Origin: Escherichia phage vB_EcoS_fFiEco03
Sequence record: NC_073315.1
Length of the DNA: 43,947 nt
Direction: 5' to 3' (one strand)
The number at the start of each line of letters is the position of its first letter. Within the stretch, counting starts at the first letter, position 1. A program made the translations under genes and the position numbers. The notes beneath the pieces were generated by a model. It was given only the letters and a program-made list of their open reading frames with translations, did no database searches and was not told the origin of the DNA. This document shows positions 15,582 through 25,084 of this stretch, piece by piece.

Positions 15582-17910
15582 TGTAGCTAGTTTAGTTGTA
15601 AAAGTATCAGAGCAAGGCGCGAAAGCTACATCAGACCGTCTTGATAACCTTTCCAAGTCTGCAAAGGTAGCCGGAGCTGCGGTAGCGGGCCTCGCTTCCA
15701 TCGTCGCCGCTACCGCGTACAAGGCCGCACAGGAACTGGTAGACTCCCAACGGCAACTGGACAAGATGTCCGCCAGCCTGAAAACACTAACCGGAAGCAC
15801 GCAGGGGGCAAGACAGGCGTTAAGCATCCTGCAAGACTTCGCGCGCGACACTCCGTATGGCCTTGAACAGGCGGTAGAGGGATTCCGTAAACTGGTGGCT
15901 CTCGGCCTTACCCCCTCAGAAGAAGCGTTGCGCTCCTATGGCAACACTGCCGCTGCTATGGGTAAAGACCTTAATCAGATGATTGAGGCCGTTGCGGACG
16001 CTAGTACATTTGAATTTGAGCGCCTTAAAGAATTTGGTATCAAGGCCAAGCAGAACAAAAACGATGTTGAATTTACATTCCAGGGCACCACTACGGTAGT
16101 TAAGAAGAGCGCTGCCGACATCGAGCAATACCTGCTCAACATTGGTAACGTAAACTTCGCGGGGGCTATGGCGGACCAGGCCAACACACTTAACGGGGCC
16201 ATCGCCAGTGCCAGCGATTCCTGGTCGCAGTTAAAAATGACACTGGCTACCAGCCTTGATGTTGGTGCTCTTGCGGAACCTATCCGGTACATCGATGATT
16301 TAATCCAGGAACTTAACGCACAGGTGGCATCCGGTGAACTCGCCGCCGAGATGCGTATGTGGGGTGACATCGCATCAGAAGTGGGCAGCGCGATAGAGAT
16401 GTCGTTCGACGCGGCATTTGGTTTCGTAGGCGACGCGATAAACGGGCTGAATGAACTTTGGGATTTTAGCAGTAAAAGTATCACCGATAGCGGTGAACAA
16501 ACGGCGACAACCATCGCGGAATCAGCCGCCGATGCACTCGATTTCATAGCGGAAGAATTTACCGCGATGGAGCGATTCTTTGAAGATATGGTTAAAGGGG
16601 CACAGGACGCTGGCCGGTTGGTGAAAGCTGCCTTCACACCAGGGGAATCCGTAGACGTAGCAAAAAACATTAACTTCCAGTTAGGGATGGCACTGGATAC
16701 TCAGCGTGATGTTGCGGACCTGACCCGTAAAAGTTTCCGCGAACAGGTTGAGGCTCAGCAAAATATTGTCGCGCTTAAACGCGCAGCGTATGACATCGAC
16801 AAAGAAGCCGCTAAGGAAGAAGGGCTTAGTAAATTTAAGGTAACTGGTACTGGTGGCGGGTCCGAAGATGATAATGCTGGTGCAAAAGCCGCCAAGAAAG
16901 CTGCGGACGCGTTCGAGCGCCAGAAGAAAGCCGCGGAGGATTTCTACTACCAGTCGATTCATCTCAATGACGACGTATTCCAGAAAATAGAAGCTAATCA
17001 GGAGCAACAGTTAACCAAGCTACAAGAGTTTTACGGCAACCAGCTTCTTAGCGACCAGCAATACGAGAACGCCAAAACTCAAATTATGCTGGAGGCGGAC
17101 ACCGCACGTCAGGAAGAACTCGCCAAGCGGGAGAAAGAACGGCAGGAGAAGAACCAGAAAGGTGAAGACTTCATGGCTCAGATTATGGGTCAGAATGCCG
17201 CAGAGCTTGAGCTTTTGGAGATTCAGGAACAACAAAAACTTGACGTTGCAGACCGATATCGCGAACAGAACCTTATTAACGAGGAGCAGTACCAGGCTGC
17301 GGTTAATGCTATAAACGACCAGTATGCTTTGAAACGTGCCAACGCTACCGGTAACGCTTTCGGAATGATGGCGGATAACATGAAGGCCTCACTAGGGGAG
17401 GCGTCTGCCGCATACAAAGCGTTTGCCATTGCGCAGGCTACAATAGCCACATACACCTCTGCCATCGAGGCTTATAAATCTGCATCGGCTATCCCTATTG
17501 TTGGATGGGTGCTCGGGCCTGTAGCCGCCGCCGCGGCGGTAGCCGCAGGTCTGGCGAACATAGGTAAGATTCGCTCAGCACGTGAACAGGGTGGTAACTT
17601 AGCTGCCGGGCAGCTATCCACCATTGCAGAACGTAACAAGCCGGAAGTTATTATGCCTGCGGGGGCGTCACGCGTACGTACCGCGGAACAGATGCGCCAG
17701 ATTATGGGCGAGAACGGCAACAAGTCAGGCGGTGACAGCGTGACAATCGTCAACAACACCACCGGACGAGTTGATTCCGCCGTTACAGAGCGTGACGACG
17801 AAGGGCGGTTACGTGTTATCATCAGCGAAACAGTATCGGCGGCGTTACAAGATAGCAACAGTGCAATCTCCAAGTCCCGCCGGGCTACGCGAAACCAGCC
17901 GGGGTATTAA
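15574..17910 (+). CDS. Tape measure protein
   Basis: 778 aa, Ala-rich, long coiled-coil segments, positioned after the chaperone pair. Confidence 0.85.
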   Translation: MADVASLVVKVSEQGAKATSDRLDNLSKSAKVAGAAVAGLASIVAATAYKAAQELVDSQRQLDKMSASLKTLTGSTQGARQALSILQDFARDTPYGLEQAVEGFRKLVALGLTPSEEALRSYGNTAAAMGKDLNQMIEAVADASTFEFERLKEFGIKAKQNKNDVEFTFQGTTTVVKKSAADIEQYLLNIGNVNFAGAMADQANTLNGAIASASDSWSQLKMTLATSLDVGALAEPIRYIDDLIQELNAQVASGELAAEMRMWGDIASEVGSAIEMSFDAAFGFVGDAINGLNELWDFSSKSITDSGEQTATTIAESAADALDFIAEEFTAMERFFEDMVKGAQDAGRLVKAAFTPGESVDVAKNINFQLGMALDTQRDVADLTRKSFREQVEAQQNIVALKRAAYDIDKEAAKEEGLSKFKVTGTGGGSEDDNAGAKAAKKAADAFERQKKAAEDFYYQSIHLNDDVFQKIEANQEQQLTKLQEFYGNQLLSDQQYENAKTQIMLEADTARQEELAKREKERQEKNQKGEDFMAQIMGQNAAELELLEIQEQQKLDVADRYREQNLINEEQYQAAVNAINDQYALKRANATGNAFGMMADNMKASLGEASAAYKAFAIAQATIATYTSAIEAYKSASAIPIVGWVLGPVAAAAAVAAGLANIGKIRSAREQGGNLAAGQLSTIAERNKPEVIMPAGASRVRTAEQMRQIMGENGNKSGGDSVTIVNNTTGRVDSAVTERDDEGRLRVIISETVSAALQDSNSAISKSRRATRNQPGY

Positions 17911-17913
17911 CCA

Positions 17914-19305
17914 ATGAGTGATTTGAGATTCCCTATGTCCCTTCGACCAATAGTGTCGAAGGGGTACTCCCAAACGCGAGGGAGTAATATCTGGCGTACA
18001 GAAGTGCAAGGTGGCGTGCCGCGACAGGGGCGTGATACATACTTTGAGCCAGTGCCGATTAGCGTTACGCTCGTCGTATCGTCGCTCGGGCGACAGGCGT
18101 TCTATAGCTTCCTGAACAACATAGACGGCGGTGCGTCTTCATTTATCATGCCGCACGATACGGGTTTAGGTCTCGAAGACCACCAGGTACTTATTACGTC
18201 GGACATTAGCGACAGCACCGACGATGGTAAAAACTGGGTAATTACTTTCACAGCAACCGCGGAGCGGACTGCGATTCAGGAAGATACCTGCCTTACGAAG
18301 AATCTACCGGATTTGTTCGGTTGTTATGGGGATTGTCTGGGTAGTTTCCTGAAAATATACGCGAACTACGAGACTACGTTCCCGCGCATCTGGAGCGATG
18401 AAGGGTCCGCAGGATACCCTCCGATTAACCTTCTGGCGTCTACTCTTGATAGCCGCATTGTGTATGATGGGCCGCAGGTTTACTACATCAACCGGAACGG
18501 TAATCTTGTGCAGTCCGCCGCCAATGAATGGCCTCTTACGTTCATTGATGGTGTTGCGGTAGGGCGTGTGCCGCCAGAATCCACATCCAGCAATATCCTG
18601 ATTAAATCGTCGAAATTATCTGACGCATCGTGGGTTAAAACTAGAGCAACAGTGTCGGACGCAGTTGACGGATTTCTAAACGGCGGTACGTTCTCACTAG
18701 TCCCGACCCAGACAAACGACAGCCATCTCGTATATCAATCGGTGTCTTCCGCTTTTGCGGAGGGTGATGTATACACTCTCAGTTACGTTGCTAAGGCATA
18801 TGGTTATAATTATGCGAGACTTCGCGCCGCTGATGACGCTGGGTTTATCGCTGATTGTGTTGCTAACTTATCGACAGGGGTTATTTACGCGGGCGCCCCC
18901 GGCAGCGATATAGCAGAGCTTGGCGATGGTTGGTATCGATTTACAGAAACGGTAGCTATACGCCAGGGCGGCGCGTCTTCTCTGCTTTTAGCGTCATGGG
19001 TGTACAACAACTCCGCCGTTGGTTCATTTGTCGGTGACGGGGTTAGTGGGATATTAGTGTGCGCGATGCAAATAGAAAAATCACCTTTTGCCACGTCGCC
19101 AATAGTAACCGAATCGTCACCGGTAACCCGAACGACGGCATCCGCAAAAGTAACCATGAATGGTGCGACAAGCATTGACATTACCTACTCCGACGGCTCC
19201 GTGATAAACGTTAAGGCTGTTGACGGTTACGCCTCCATACCCCAAGCGGATTCGGCGTGGGGTAGTAAATATATCACCCGTATTGATTTTAATGTGGACG
19301 GTTAA
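17914..19305 (+). CDS. Distal tail protein (gpM-like N-terminus with long C-terminal extension, possible carbohydrate-binding module)
   Basis: 463-aa ORF immediately after the tape measure gene; position matches lambda-like M; extra C-terminal domain. Confidence 0.5.
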   Translation: MSDLRFPMSLRPIVSKGYSQTRGSNIWRTEVQGGVPRQGRDTYFEPVPISVTLVVSSLGRQAFYSFLNNIDGGASSFIMPHDTGLGLEDHQVLITSDISDSTDDGKNWVITFTATAERTAIQEDTCLTKNLPDLFGCYGDCLGSFLKIYANYETTFPRIWSDEGSAGYPPINLLASTLDSRIVYDGPQVYYINRNGNLVQSAANEWPLTFIDGVAVGRVPPESTSSNILIKSSKLSDASWVKTRATVSDAVDGFLNGGTFSLVPTQTNDSHLVYQSVSSAFAEGDVYTLSYVAKAYGYNYARLRAADDAGFIADCVANLSTGVIYAGAPGSDIAELGDGWYRFTETVAIRQGGASSLLLASWVYNNSAVGSFVGDGVSGILVCAMQIEKSPFATSPIVTESSPVTRTTASAKVTMNGATSIDITYSDGSVINVKAVDGYASIPQADSAWGSKYITRIDFNVDG

Positions 19306-19308
19306 CTT

Positions 19309-19824
19309 ATGGGTCAGGAATCAGTAGAAGCAGCCTACCGCCGTAAGCTGGCCTCAAACCCCGACGGCGAGATTGACTACACGACGCTGGAGATAGTGCA
19401 TCCGCTTCTTTCGAAGCGGTATTTACTTGTGCGCGGAACTTCTGACCTGACGGCAACGTTAGAGACCGGAGAAGTAGTTACGTTTGAGGCCACACCAATG
19501 GAGGCTAAAGGGGCCGCCAACAATAACGACATGGACCAGCGAGCATCGTTCGCATTGCCCGATATTGGAAACCAGTTAGACGATGAGATGGATAGGATAC
19601 CGCCCGATAATACCGTGTTGCCTAAGTTTATATTCCGCCGTTTTGTTAGTACCGATTTGTCTTACCCGGCTGACGGGCCTGTTGTGTACGAGTTGCAGTC
19701 GATAAACCAGGAAAAGGGGCTATTTACCGCCGACGTTGGCGTTCCTATGTTGAACCAAAGGGCCACTGGTGAACTAATGACCCCTTCAGTAATCCCATTG
19801 TTACGGGGCGTTTTGTCCACATGA
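19309..19824 (+). CDS. Minor tail protein (gpL-like)
   Basis: 171 aa following the M-like gene; synteny. Confidence 0.6.
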   Translation: MGQESVEAAYRRKLASNPDGEIDYTTLEIVHPLLSKRYLLVRGTSDLTATLETGEVVTFEATPMEAKGAANNNDMDQRASFALPDIGNQLDDEMDRIPPDNTVLPKFIFRRFVSTDLSYPADGPVVYELQSINQEKGLFTADVGVPMLNQRATGELMTPSVIPLLRGVLST

Positions 19825-20186
19825 ATATTAATTCTTATACAGGGTTGCCGTACGACTTTCGCCGTCGTAATTGCTGGCACCATGTCCGTAACGTTCGTGC
19901 GGATGTAGGCCTCTTTACGCCTGAGTTTAACGTCGCTTCGCCAACACAGATTAACGACGCCTTCGAAGAAGGCCATAAAGATACTAAAGGCCTTGTACGC
20001 GTAGAAACTCCGCAAAACTTCGATGCCGTGCTGATGGCAACACGGCACAGAAACCGTGTAATCTGGCACGCCGGAGTATACTATGACGGTATGGTTAGTC
20101 ATTGCGAGCTGGCGAGTCGCCAGGTACGGTTAGACCGTCTGGAAGACTTGCGCGAAACTTATGCGGAGATAGAATTTTGGCGCTGA
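19821..20186 (+). CDS. Tail assembly protein (gpK-like)
   Basis: 121 aa, ATGA-coupled to upstream gene; conserved Cys/His residues; synteny with K. Confidence 0.5.
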   Translation: MNINSYTGLPYDFRRRNCWHHVRNVRADVGLFTPEFNVASPTQINDAFEEGHKDTKGLVRVETPQNFDAVLMATRHRNRVIWHAGVYYDGMVSHCELASRQVRLDRLEDLRETYAEIEFWR

Positions 20187-22732
20187 CATTACATTACACC
20201 CGTAACGAAGACGGTACTTTCGACCGCGAACGGCACAACGTACCGCCGATGGAATACGTCGTCGCTAACATCCCCGACGGGGTGCCTGTACGTATTTACC
20301 GTGGCGAGATCGGCGAGGACACGGAAGTAACTGAAGATTTCGAAGCGCTGAAAGAAGACGATGTTTTCCATATTATCGAAGGCGCTGGTGGCGGTGGCGG
20401 TTTTCTGGGTAAACTCCTGGACCCTTTGGGTGTGCTTAAATTTGTTACCAAGTTGATTTCTCCGTCGCAGAAAACGCCTAAAACGAGTTTAGCGAACCAG
20501 CAGGCTGAGTCCCCCAACAACAGCCTGACGGACCGAAACAATAAACCCCGTCCATATGAACGGTCGTATGATATTTGCGGCAGAGTCCAGACTATCCCTA
20601 ATGACCTCATGACTACCTATAAAATATTCGATGAATCTGGTCGCATTATTGAATACGGATACTACGATGCCGGTCGTGGGTATCTGGACATCAAGGCCGA
20701 AGATATTACCGACGGCGATACTAAGGTACAGGAGATTACGGGGACCTCTGTCGCGGTGTACGCGCCGTTTACATCCCCCAACAATACAAATACCCCGCAG
20801 CTTCTGGTGGGGGAACCTATCAATCAGAATCTTTATATAACTATCGCGTCTAATGAAGTAGATGGAGCCGTTCTTAAAGCCCAGAACGATATTCGGGTCA
20901 ACCCAAGCGACACGGGCCGCGTGAGATATGACTCTGCTACAAAAATTGGATACCTGTATGACGACACGGGGGATTCTGGCTTCGCGGAAATATTATCTGT
21001 TGGTGACACCGCGTCGTTCAATAACTTTGACGTTCCGGACGTAACAAATACCAACGGCAACTTTCGTGTTCTTTATGTCGATAACTTCGAGCTGCGGGTC
21101 GACACCGGCGGCGCGTCTAATTGGGCTGCTTTAGGCTCAACCACCTATTCACTTTCCCAGAGAAGTGACACGTGGGTAGGCCCCGTGGATACGTATGAAA
21201 GAACATTAACCGACTGGACCACCTTAAACCGCCTGGAAGTTGAACGCGTAGTAGCCAACATCGCTGCCGCTAACGGTATGTATAAAGACAACGGCAGTAA
21301 ATTGCGTACGTCGGTAACTATTGAACTCCAATACCAACTACTCGATGAAACCGGTGCCCCATACGGGAGTATCTATTCAAAACAGGCCGTTATATCTGGT
21401 CGGTCCGCCGACTACACCGGAGTTACTATTTACGCCGACTTGCCCATGAGGTCGAAAGTTAGGGTACGTGCCCGTCGTGTTACCAACCTGGACCTTGATT
21501 TCGAGGGCACCGTGGTAGACGAGGTTTCCTATATCAACCTTTACGGTCAGGTCCGTGACACTACGCCACATTACGGCAATCGTACTACCGTACACTCGGC
21601 ACGTAAGCAGACGCCGCGGGCCGCAGAGATTAAGCAACCACAGTTACGTATGGTCGCCACAGAGATGGTGTACAAATACCTCGGTAATGGTGTATTCGAC
21701 ACCGTAATGACACCGAATACTCAGGCCATTCAATCATTAATACGTCTCGCCCGTGACCCAGTAGTAGGTAATCTCAACCTAACAACATCCAATATGGACA
21801 AGTTGTTAGCGACTCAGACCGAGATTGAGAATTATTTCGGTAACGTGGAGGCGGGTCAATTCTGCTACACCTTTGACGATTATAAAACGACCATGCAGGA
21901 TATCATCAGCACAATAGCTGATGCTATTTTCTGCACTCCATATCGTAAAGGGCAAGACATATTACTGGATTTCGAGCGCCCGCGTATGGGGCCGGAAATG
22001 GTATTCACACATCGAAGTAAGACAACAGCTTCGGAAAAGTGGACGCGCACATTCAACGACGCTCAGGTATACGATAGTCTTAAGTTCTCCTACATCGACC
22101 CAGATACTAACGTAAAAGAGACCATCAGCATTCCCGCCGAGGGCGGTGTTAACACAGAAACGTATGACTCTAAAGGTATACGTAATTATCGTCAGGCGTA
22201 CTGGGCGGCGTACCGTCGGTACCAGAAGAACCTGTTGAAGAAGGTGACGGTATCATTCACGGCGACAGAAGAAGGGGTTTTTGTGCTTCCAGGACGGGCA
22301 ATAAGCGTAGTTAAAGGCTCGCGAGTAGCACCTCAAGATGGTTATGTCGTTGCCGTTAATGGGCTTACCCTTACTCTTTCTCAGCCGGTTACGTTTACTC
22401 CGGGGGATGACCACTCACTGATTCTTAAGAAGAGAGACGGCGGAGTTCAAAGTGTTGCCGTTGTTCAAGGAAGTCACGACCGTGAAGTGGTTATGCTATC
22501 TGCGCCACAGGAGGCAATTTACACAGGGAATAGCGCACTAAAAACTGAGTTTTCATTCGGTAACGAAGCAAGGCATAATGCTCAGATGATTCTTGTTTCT
22601 ACAGTTGACCCCGGAGACGACAGAACGGTTAAGATTACCGGGATTAACTATGAAGCAGATTTCTATAAATACGACGGCGTCGCGCCATACGGCAGCGGTT
22701 TCTCCGACGGATTCAGCGATGGTTTTAATTAA
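20177..22732 (+). CDS. Tail tip / central tail fibre protein (gpJ-like, possibly including an I-like N-terminus)
   Basis: Large ORF after the K-like gene; TTG start at 20177 with GGAG RBS (alternative ATG at 20249); Gly-rich GAGGGGG linker near the N-terminus. Confidence 0.65.
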   Translation: MALTLHYTRNEDGTFDRERHNVPPMEYVVANIPDGVPVRIYRGEIGEDTEVTEDFEALKEDDVFHIIEGAGGGGGFLGKLLDPLGVLKFVTKLISPSQKTPKTSLANQQAESPNNSLTDRNNKPRPYERSYDICGRVQTIPNDLMTTYKIFDESGRIIEYGYYDAGRGYLDIKAEDITDGDTKVQEITGTSVAVYAPFTSPNNTNTPQLLVGEPINQNLYITIASNEVDGAVLKAQNDIRVNPSDTGRVRYDSATKIGYLYDDTGDSGFAEILSVGDTASFNNFDVPDVTNTNGNFRVLYVDNFELRVDTGGASNWAALGSTTYSLSQRSDTWVGPVDTYERTLTDWTTLNRLEVERVVANIAAANGMYKDNGSKLRTSVTIELQYQLLDETGAPYGSIYSKQAVISGRSADYTGVTIYADLPMRSKVRVRARRVTNLDLDFEGTVVDEVSYINLYGQVRDTTPHYGNRTTVHSARKQTPRAAEIKQPQLRMVATEMVYKYLGNGVFDTVMTPNTQAIQSLIRLARDPVVGNLNLTTSNMDKLLATQTEIENYFGNVEAGQFCYTFDDYKTTMQDIISTIADAIFCTPYRKGQDILLDFERPRMGPEMVFTHRSKTTASEKWTRTFNDAQVYDSLKFSYIDPDTNVKETISIPAEGGVNTETYDSKGIRNYRQAYWAAYRRYQKNLLKKVTVSFTATEEGVFVLPGRAISVVKGSRVAPQDGYVVAVNGLTLTLSQPVTFTPGDDHSLILKKRDGGVQSVAVVQGSHDREVVMLSAPQEAIYTGNSALKTEFSFGNEARHNAQMILVSTVDPGDDRTVKITGINYEADFYKYDGVAPYGSGFSDGFSDGFN

Positions 22733-22744
22733 AGAGGACTCTAT

Positions 22745-24736
22745 ATGTCAAGCGGATGCGGTGACGTTTTAAGCCTGGCGGATTTACAAACCGCCAAGAA
22801 GCACCAGATTTTCGAAATCGAGGTTATCACCGGTAAAGCAGGCGGTGTAGCCGGTGGAGCAGATATTGATTATGCAACGAACCAGGTTACCGGGCAGACT
22901 CAAAAGACTCTGCCCGCCGTGTTGCGTGATACTGGTTTTTCTCCTGTATCGTGGGATTTCTCCACTGGCGGTACTCTTACTGTTAATGACCGTGACAAAG
23001 TTGTCTACGACCCTGTAAGTAAAACGTGGTATTCATACGCAGGTACGTTGCCGGTTGTAGTCCCCTCGGGCTTTGACCCGGTAGGCAACGCAGACTGGAA
23101 GCCACAGACTGACCATGATTTGCGTAATGATTTGGCGTCAAGTACCGCCGGTTTAGGGGCTTCACTGGTGTCTTTTTCCAACGGTAATACCGTTGAAACA
23201 TTATCCGACGCAGATGGCGCTAAGAACATCGGCAGTGGAGAAAGGACATTGCTTGAGCACAACAATGATGTTTTGCACTCAAAAGACTTCCCAACACTGC
23301 AGGCAGCTATAGATGCATCTTTGCAAAAAAATGATCTACTGGTGTCTCCTGGTAATTATACTGAAAACGTGACGCTTGGTAATGCGCAACTGAAAGGCGT
23401 AGGTGGTGCTACGGTAATAAAGCCACAAGGTGATTTTTCAACTGCAGTGATGGCAAAATTATCAACACCACATTGGCAATACAGGCATAGTTGTAATTTT
23501 GAAATAGACGGAACCGGTACAACTGGTTCTGTCGGTTTTGGTTATGACCCTACGGACCAGTACTCGGGTCGTCACAATCTAAGCGATACCTACATCCATC
23601 ACATTAATAAAGCAATTTCTAAACCTTCTGGAAATATTGGTAATACTTTTCGTAGTATAGGTATTAACAATTGTGACTGGGGATATCACGCCATCAGTGG
23701 TACAGAGATGCACTGTGGAGCAGACACTCTGTATAACTTCCATATGAATAGCATTAGTACTTACGCTGTGTATCTGAATGCAACTATAGGAGCATCCTCT
23801 ACAGGAGGGGGAATTGGTGGTTGGTGGTTAAAAGACTCTATTATTGAAGGCTCAGAAGGTGGCGGGGTATATCTTAAGAATAAGCCAGGAGATTGCCCAA
23901 GTGCACCGTGTGGAATATCAAATGTATGGTTTGAGGCCATAGCCACTGCTGATGCAGTAAATGTTGATGGTGCTGCTATAGAACCAAGAACTTTACATTT
24001 AATTGACACAAGCATTTTCTATGCTGAATATTCATACATAAACAGCATAAAATTAGAAAGGTCAAACCTTATAACATACGGCTGTCGTTTCGATAATGCC
24101 GATGGAAATCAGAGTATAGAGATAGATGCTGAGAGTACTATTAAGGCTTACGATACTTATCTTAATGGCACTCCCGGTAAAGATGTTATTGTTGAGAGTA
24201 TAGCTTCACAGACGGGTAAGCTTCACACCATTGACCTGTGTTTGAGGGGTTCTATTACAAAAGGCAGACTGTTTAATACTCCTTCGGGGAATAAGTTGGC
24301 AGCAATACCTTTTGATGACGGAACGCATACATGGGGCGGGAATGCTAGTGTAACAGGGACCCTGGTAGGTATGGGGCTTCATTCAAAAAATTGTGAATCA
24401 TTTACATTCCCCGCTAACGCTGTTCTGGAATTAACTGACTCCAAAGTCAATATCACCAGCGGTAAGTGGTATGTATGGGGCATTAATGCCAGACTTAATT
24501 CTGGTGATATGAATATGAGGATTACAGGGGGGATCACTTTGGGTAGTGTTTATCTCAAGCAAGGTGAATGGGTCAGTACATTTGGAGTTGCTCAGGCCGA
24601 GGCATCAGAATCTGCAACGTTATACGTTACAACTTCTTCTGCGAGTGTTGTATATCTTGCTGACTATTTTGTTGCTGAATTTGCATCTCAGAGTGAGGCA
24701 ATGGCTTTCGCAAATACCAGAATGTCGTTGGTCTAA
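22745..24736 (+). CDS. Tailspike protein (conserved N-terminal anchor plus beta-helix-like receptor-binding or depolymerase domain)
   Basis: 663 aa with AGAGGA RBS; N-terminus MSSGCGDVLSLADLQTAKKHQIFEIEV recalled as the Jersey-like tailspike anchor; C-terminal part AT-richer with repetitive beta-helix-like motifs. Confidence 0.75.
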   Translation: MSSGCGDVLSLADLQTAKKHQIFEIEVITGKAGGVAGGADIDYATNQVTGQTQKTLPAVLRDTGFSPVSWDFSTGGTLTVNDRDKVVYDPVSKTWYSYAGTLPVVVPSGFDPVGNADWKPQTDHDLRNDLASSTAGLGASLVSFSNGNTVETLSDADGAKNIGSGERTLLEHNNDVLHSKDFPTLQAAIDASLQKNDLLVSPGNYTENVTLGNAQLKGVGGATVIKPQGDFSTAVMAKLSTPHWQYRHSCNFEIDGTGTTGSVGFGYDPTDQYSGRHNLSDTYIHHINKAISKPSGNIGNTFRSIGINNCDWGYHAISGTEMHCGADTLYNFHMNSISTYAVYLNATIGASSTGGGIGGWWLKDSIIEGSEGGGVYLKNKPGDCPSAPCGISNVWFEAIATADAVNVDGAAIEPRTLHLIDTSIFYAEYSYINSIKLERSNLITYGCRFDNADGNQSIEIDAESTIKAYDTYLNGTPGKDVIVESIASQTGKLHTIDLCLRGSITKGRLFNTPSGNKLAAIPFDDGTHTWGGNASVTGTLVGMGLHSKNCESFTFPANAVLELTDSKVNITSGKWYVWGINARLNSGDMNMRITGGITLGSVYLKQGEWVSTFGVAQAEASESATLYVTTSSASVVYLADYFVAEFASQSEAMAFANTRMSLV

Positions 24737-24740
24737 AACT

Positions 24741-24766
24741 AAGGCCCCTTTCGGGGCCTTTTCTCT
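24741..24766. terminator. Bidirectional intrinsic terminator (identical copy of the 12820 hairpin)
   Basis: AAGGCCCC-TTTC-GGGGCCTT followed by TTCTCT; junction of the convergent tailspike and replication operons. Confidence 0.7.
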
Positions 24767-24902
24767 ATTCTTCTGATACCTTCTCCAGTATAAACGCCAG
24801 TTGCGCGTTAGCGGCATCTCTCTGTTGCCGTAGTCTTAGCACTTCCTCTTCAAGTTCCTTGATACGTTTTTGCAATGCCGGAATCGGGGCTATGATGTTC
24901 AT
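24765..24902 (-). CDS. Micro-ORF: 45-aa coiled-coil peptide
   Basis: Hand-translated (MNIIAPIPALQKRIKELEEEVLRLRQQRDAANAQLAFILEKVSEE); its ATG overlaps the upstream stop (ATGA); last gene of the - operon. Confidence 0.35.
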   Translation of the reverse strand: MNIIAPIPALQKRIKELEEEVLRLRQQRDAANAQLAFILEKVSEE

Positions 24903-25084
24903 TTCTTACCTTCGCTTTTCTTGAAACTGCGCTTTATGTCCGGCAGCGTGTAGCAGCGTGACTTTTCGTATTTACCGTCCGAGCTTACCAAGACAAAGCT
25001 GTTGCCGTCTTTTGATATGTACTCGATGGTGAAAGTATTGAATGAATGTACGCTGTATATTTCATCGCCAACATTAAGTTTCAT
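24899..25084 (-). CDS. Hypothetical protein, 61 aa
   Basis: ATGA-coupled to the helicase gene stop. Confidence 0.45.
   Translation of the reverse strand: MKLNVGDEIYSVHSFNTFTIEYISKDGNSFVLVSSDGKYEKSRCYTLPDIKRSFKKSEGKK

Noticed and set aside
15975-16670. 231-aa - strand ORF
   Set aside because: Antisense shadow ORF inside the tape measure gene.
20102-20176. ORF-track N-terminal extension of the J-like gene (start 20102)
   Set aside because: Would overlap the K-like gene by 85 nt in another frame; TTG at 20177 has a GGAG RBS and gives a conventional short overlap.
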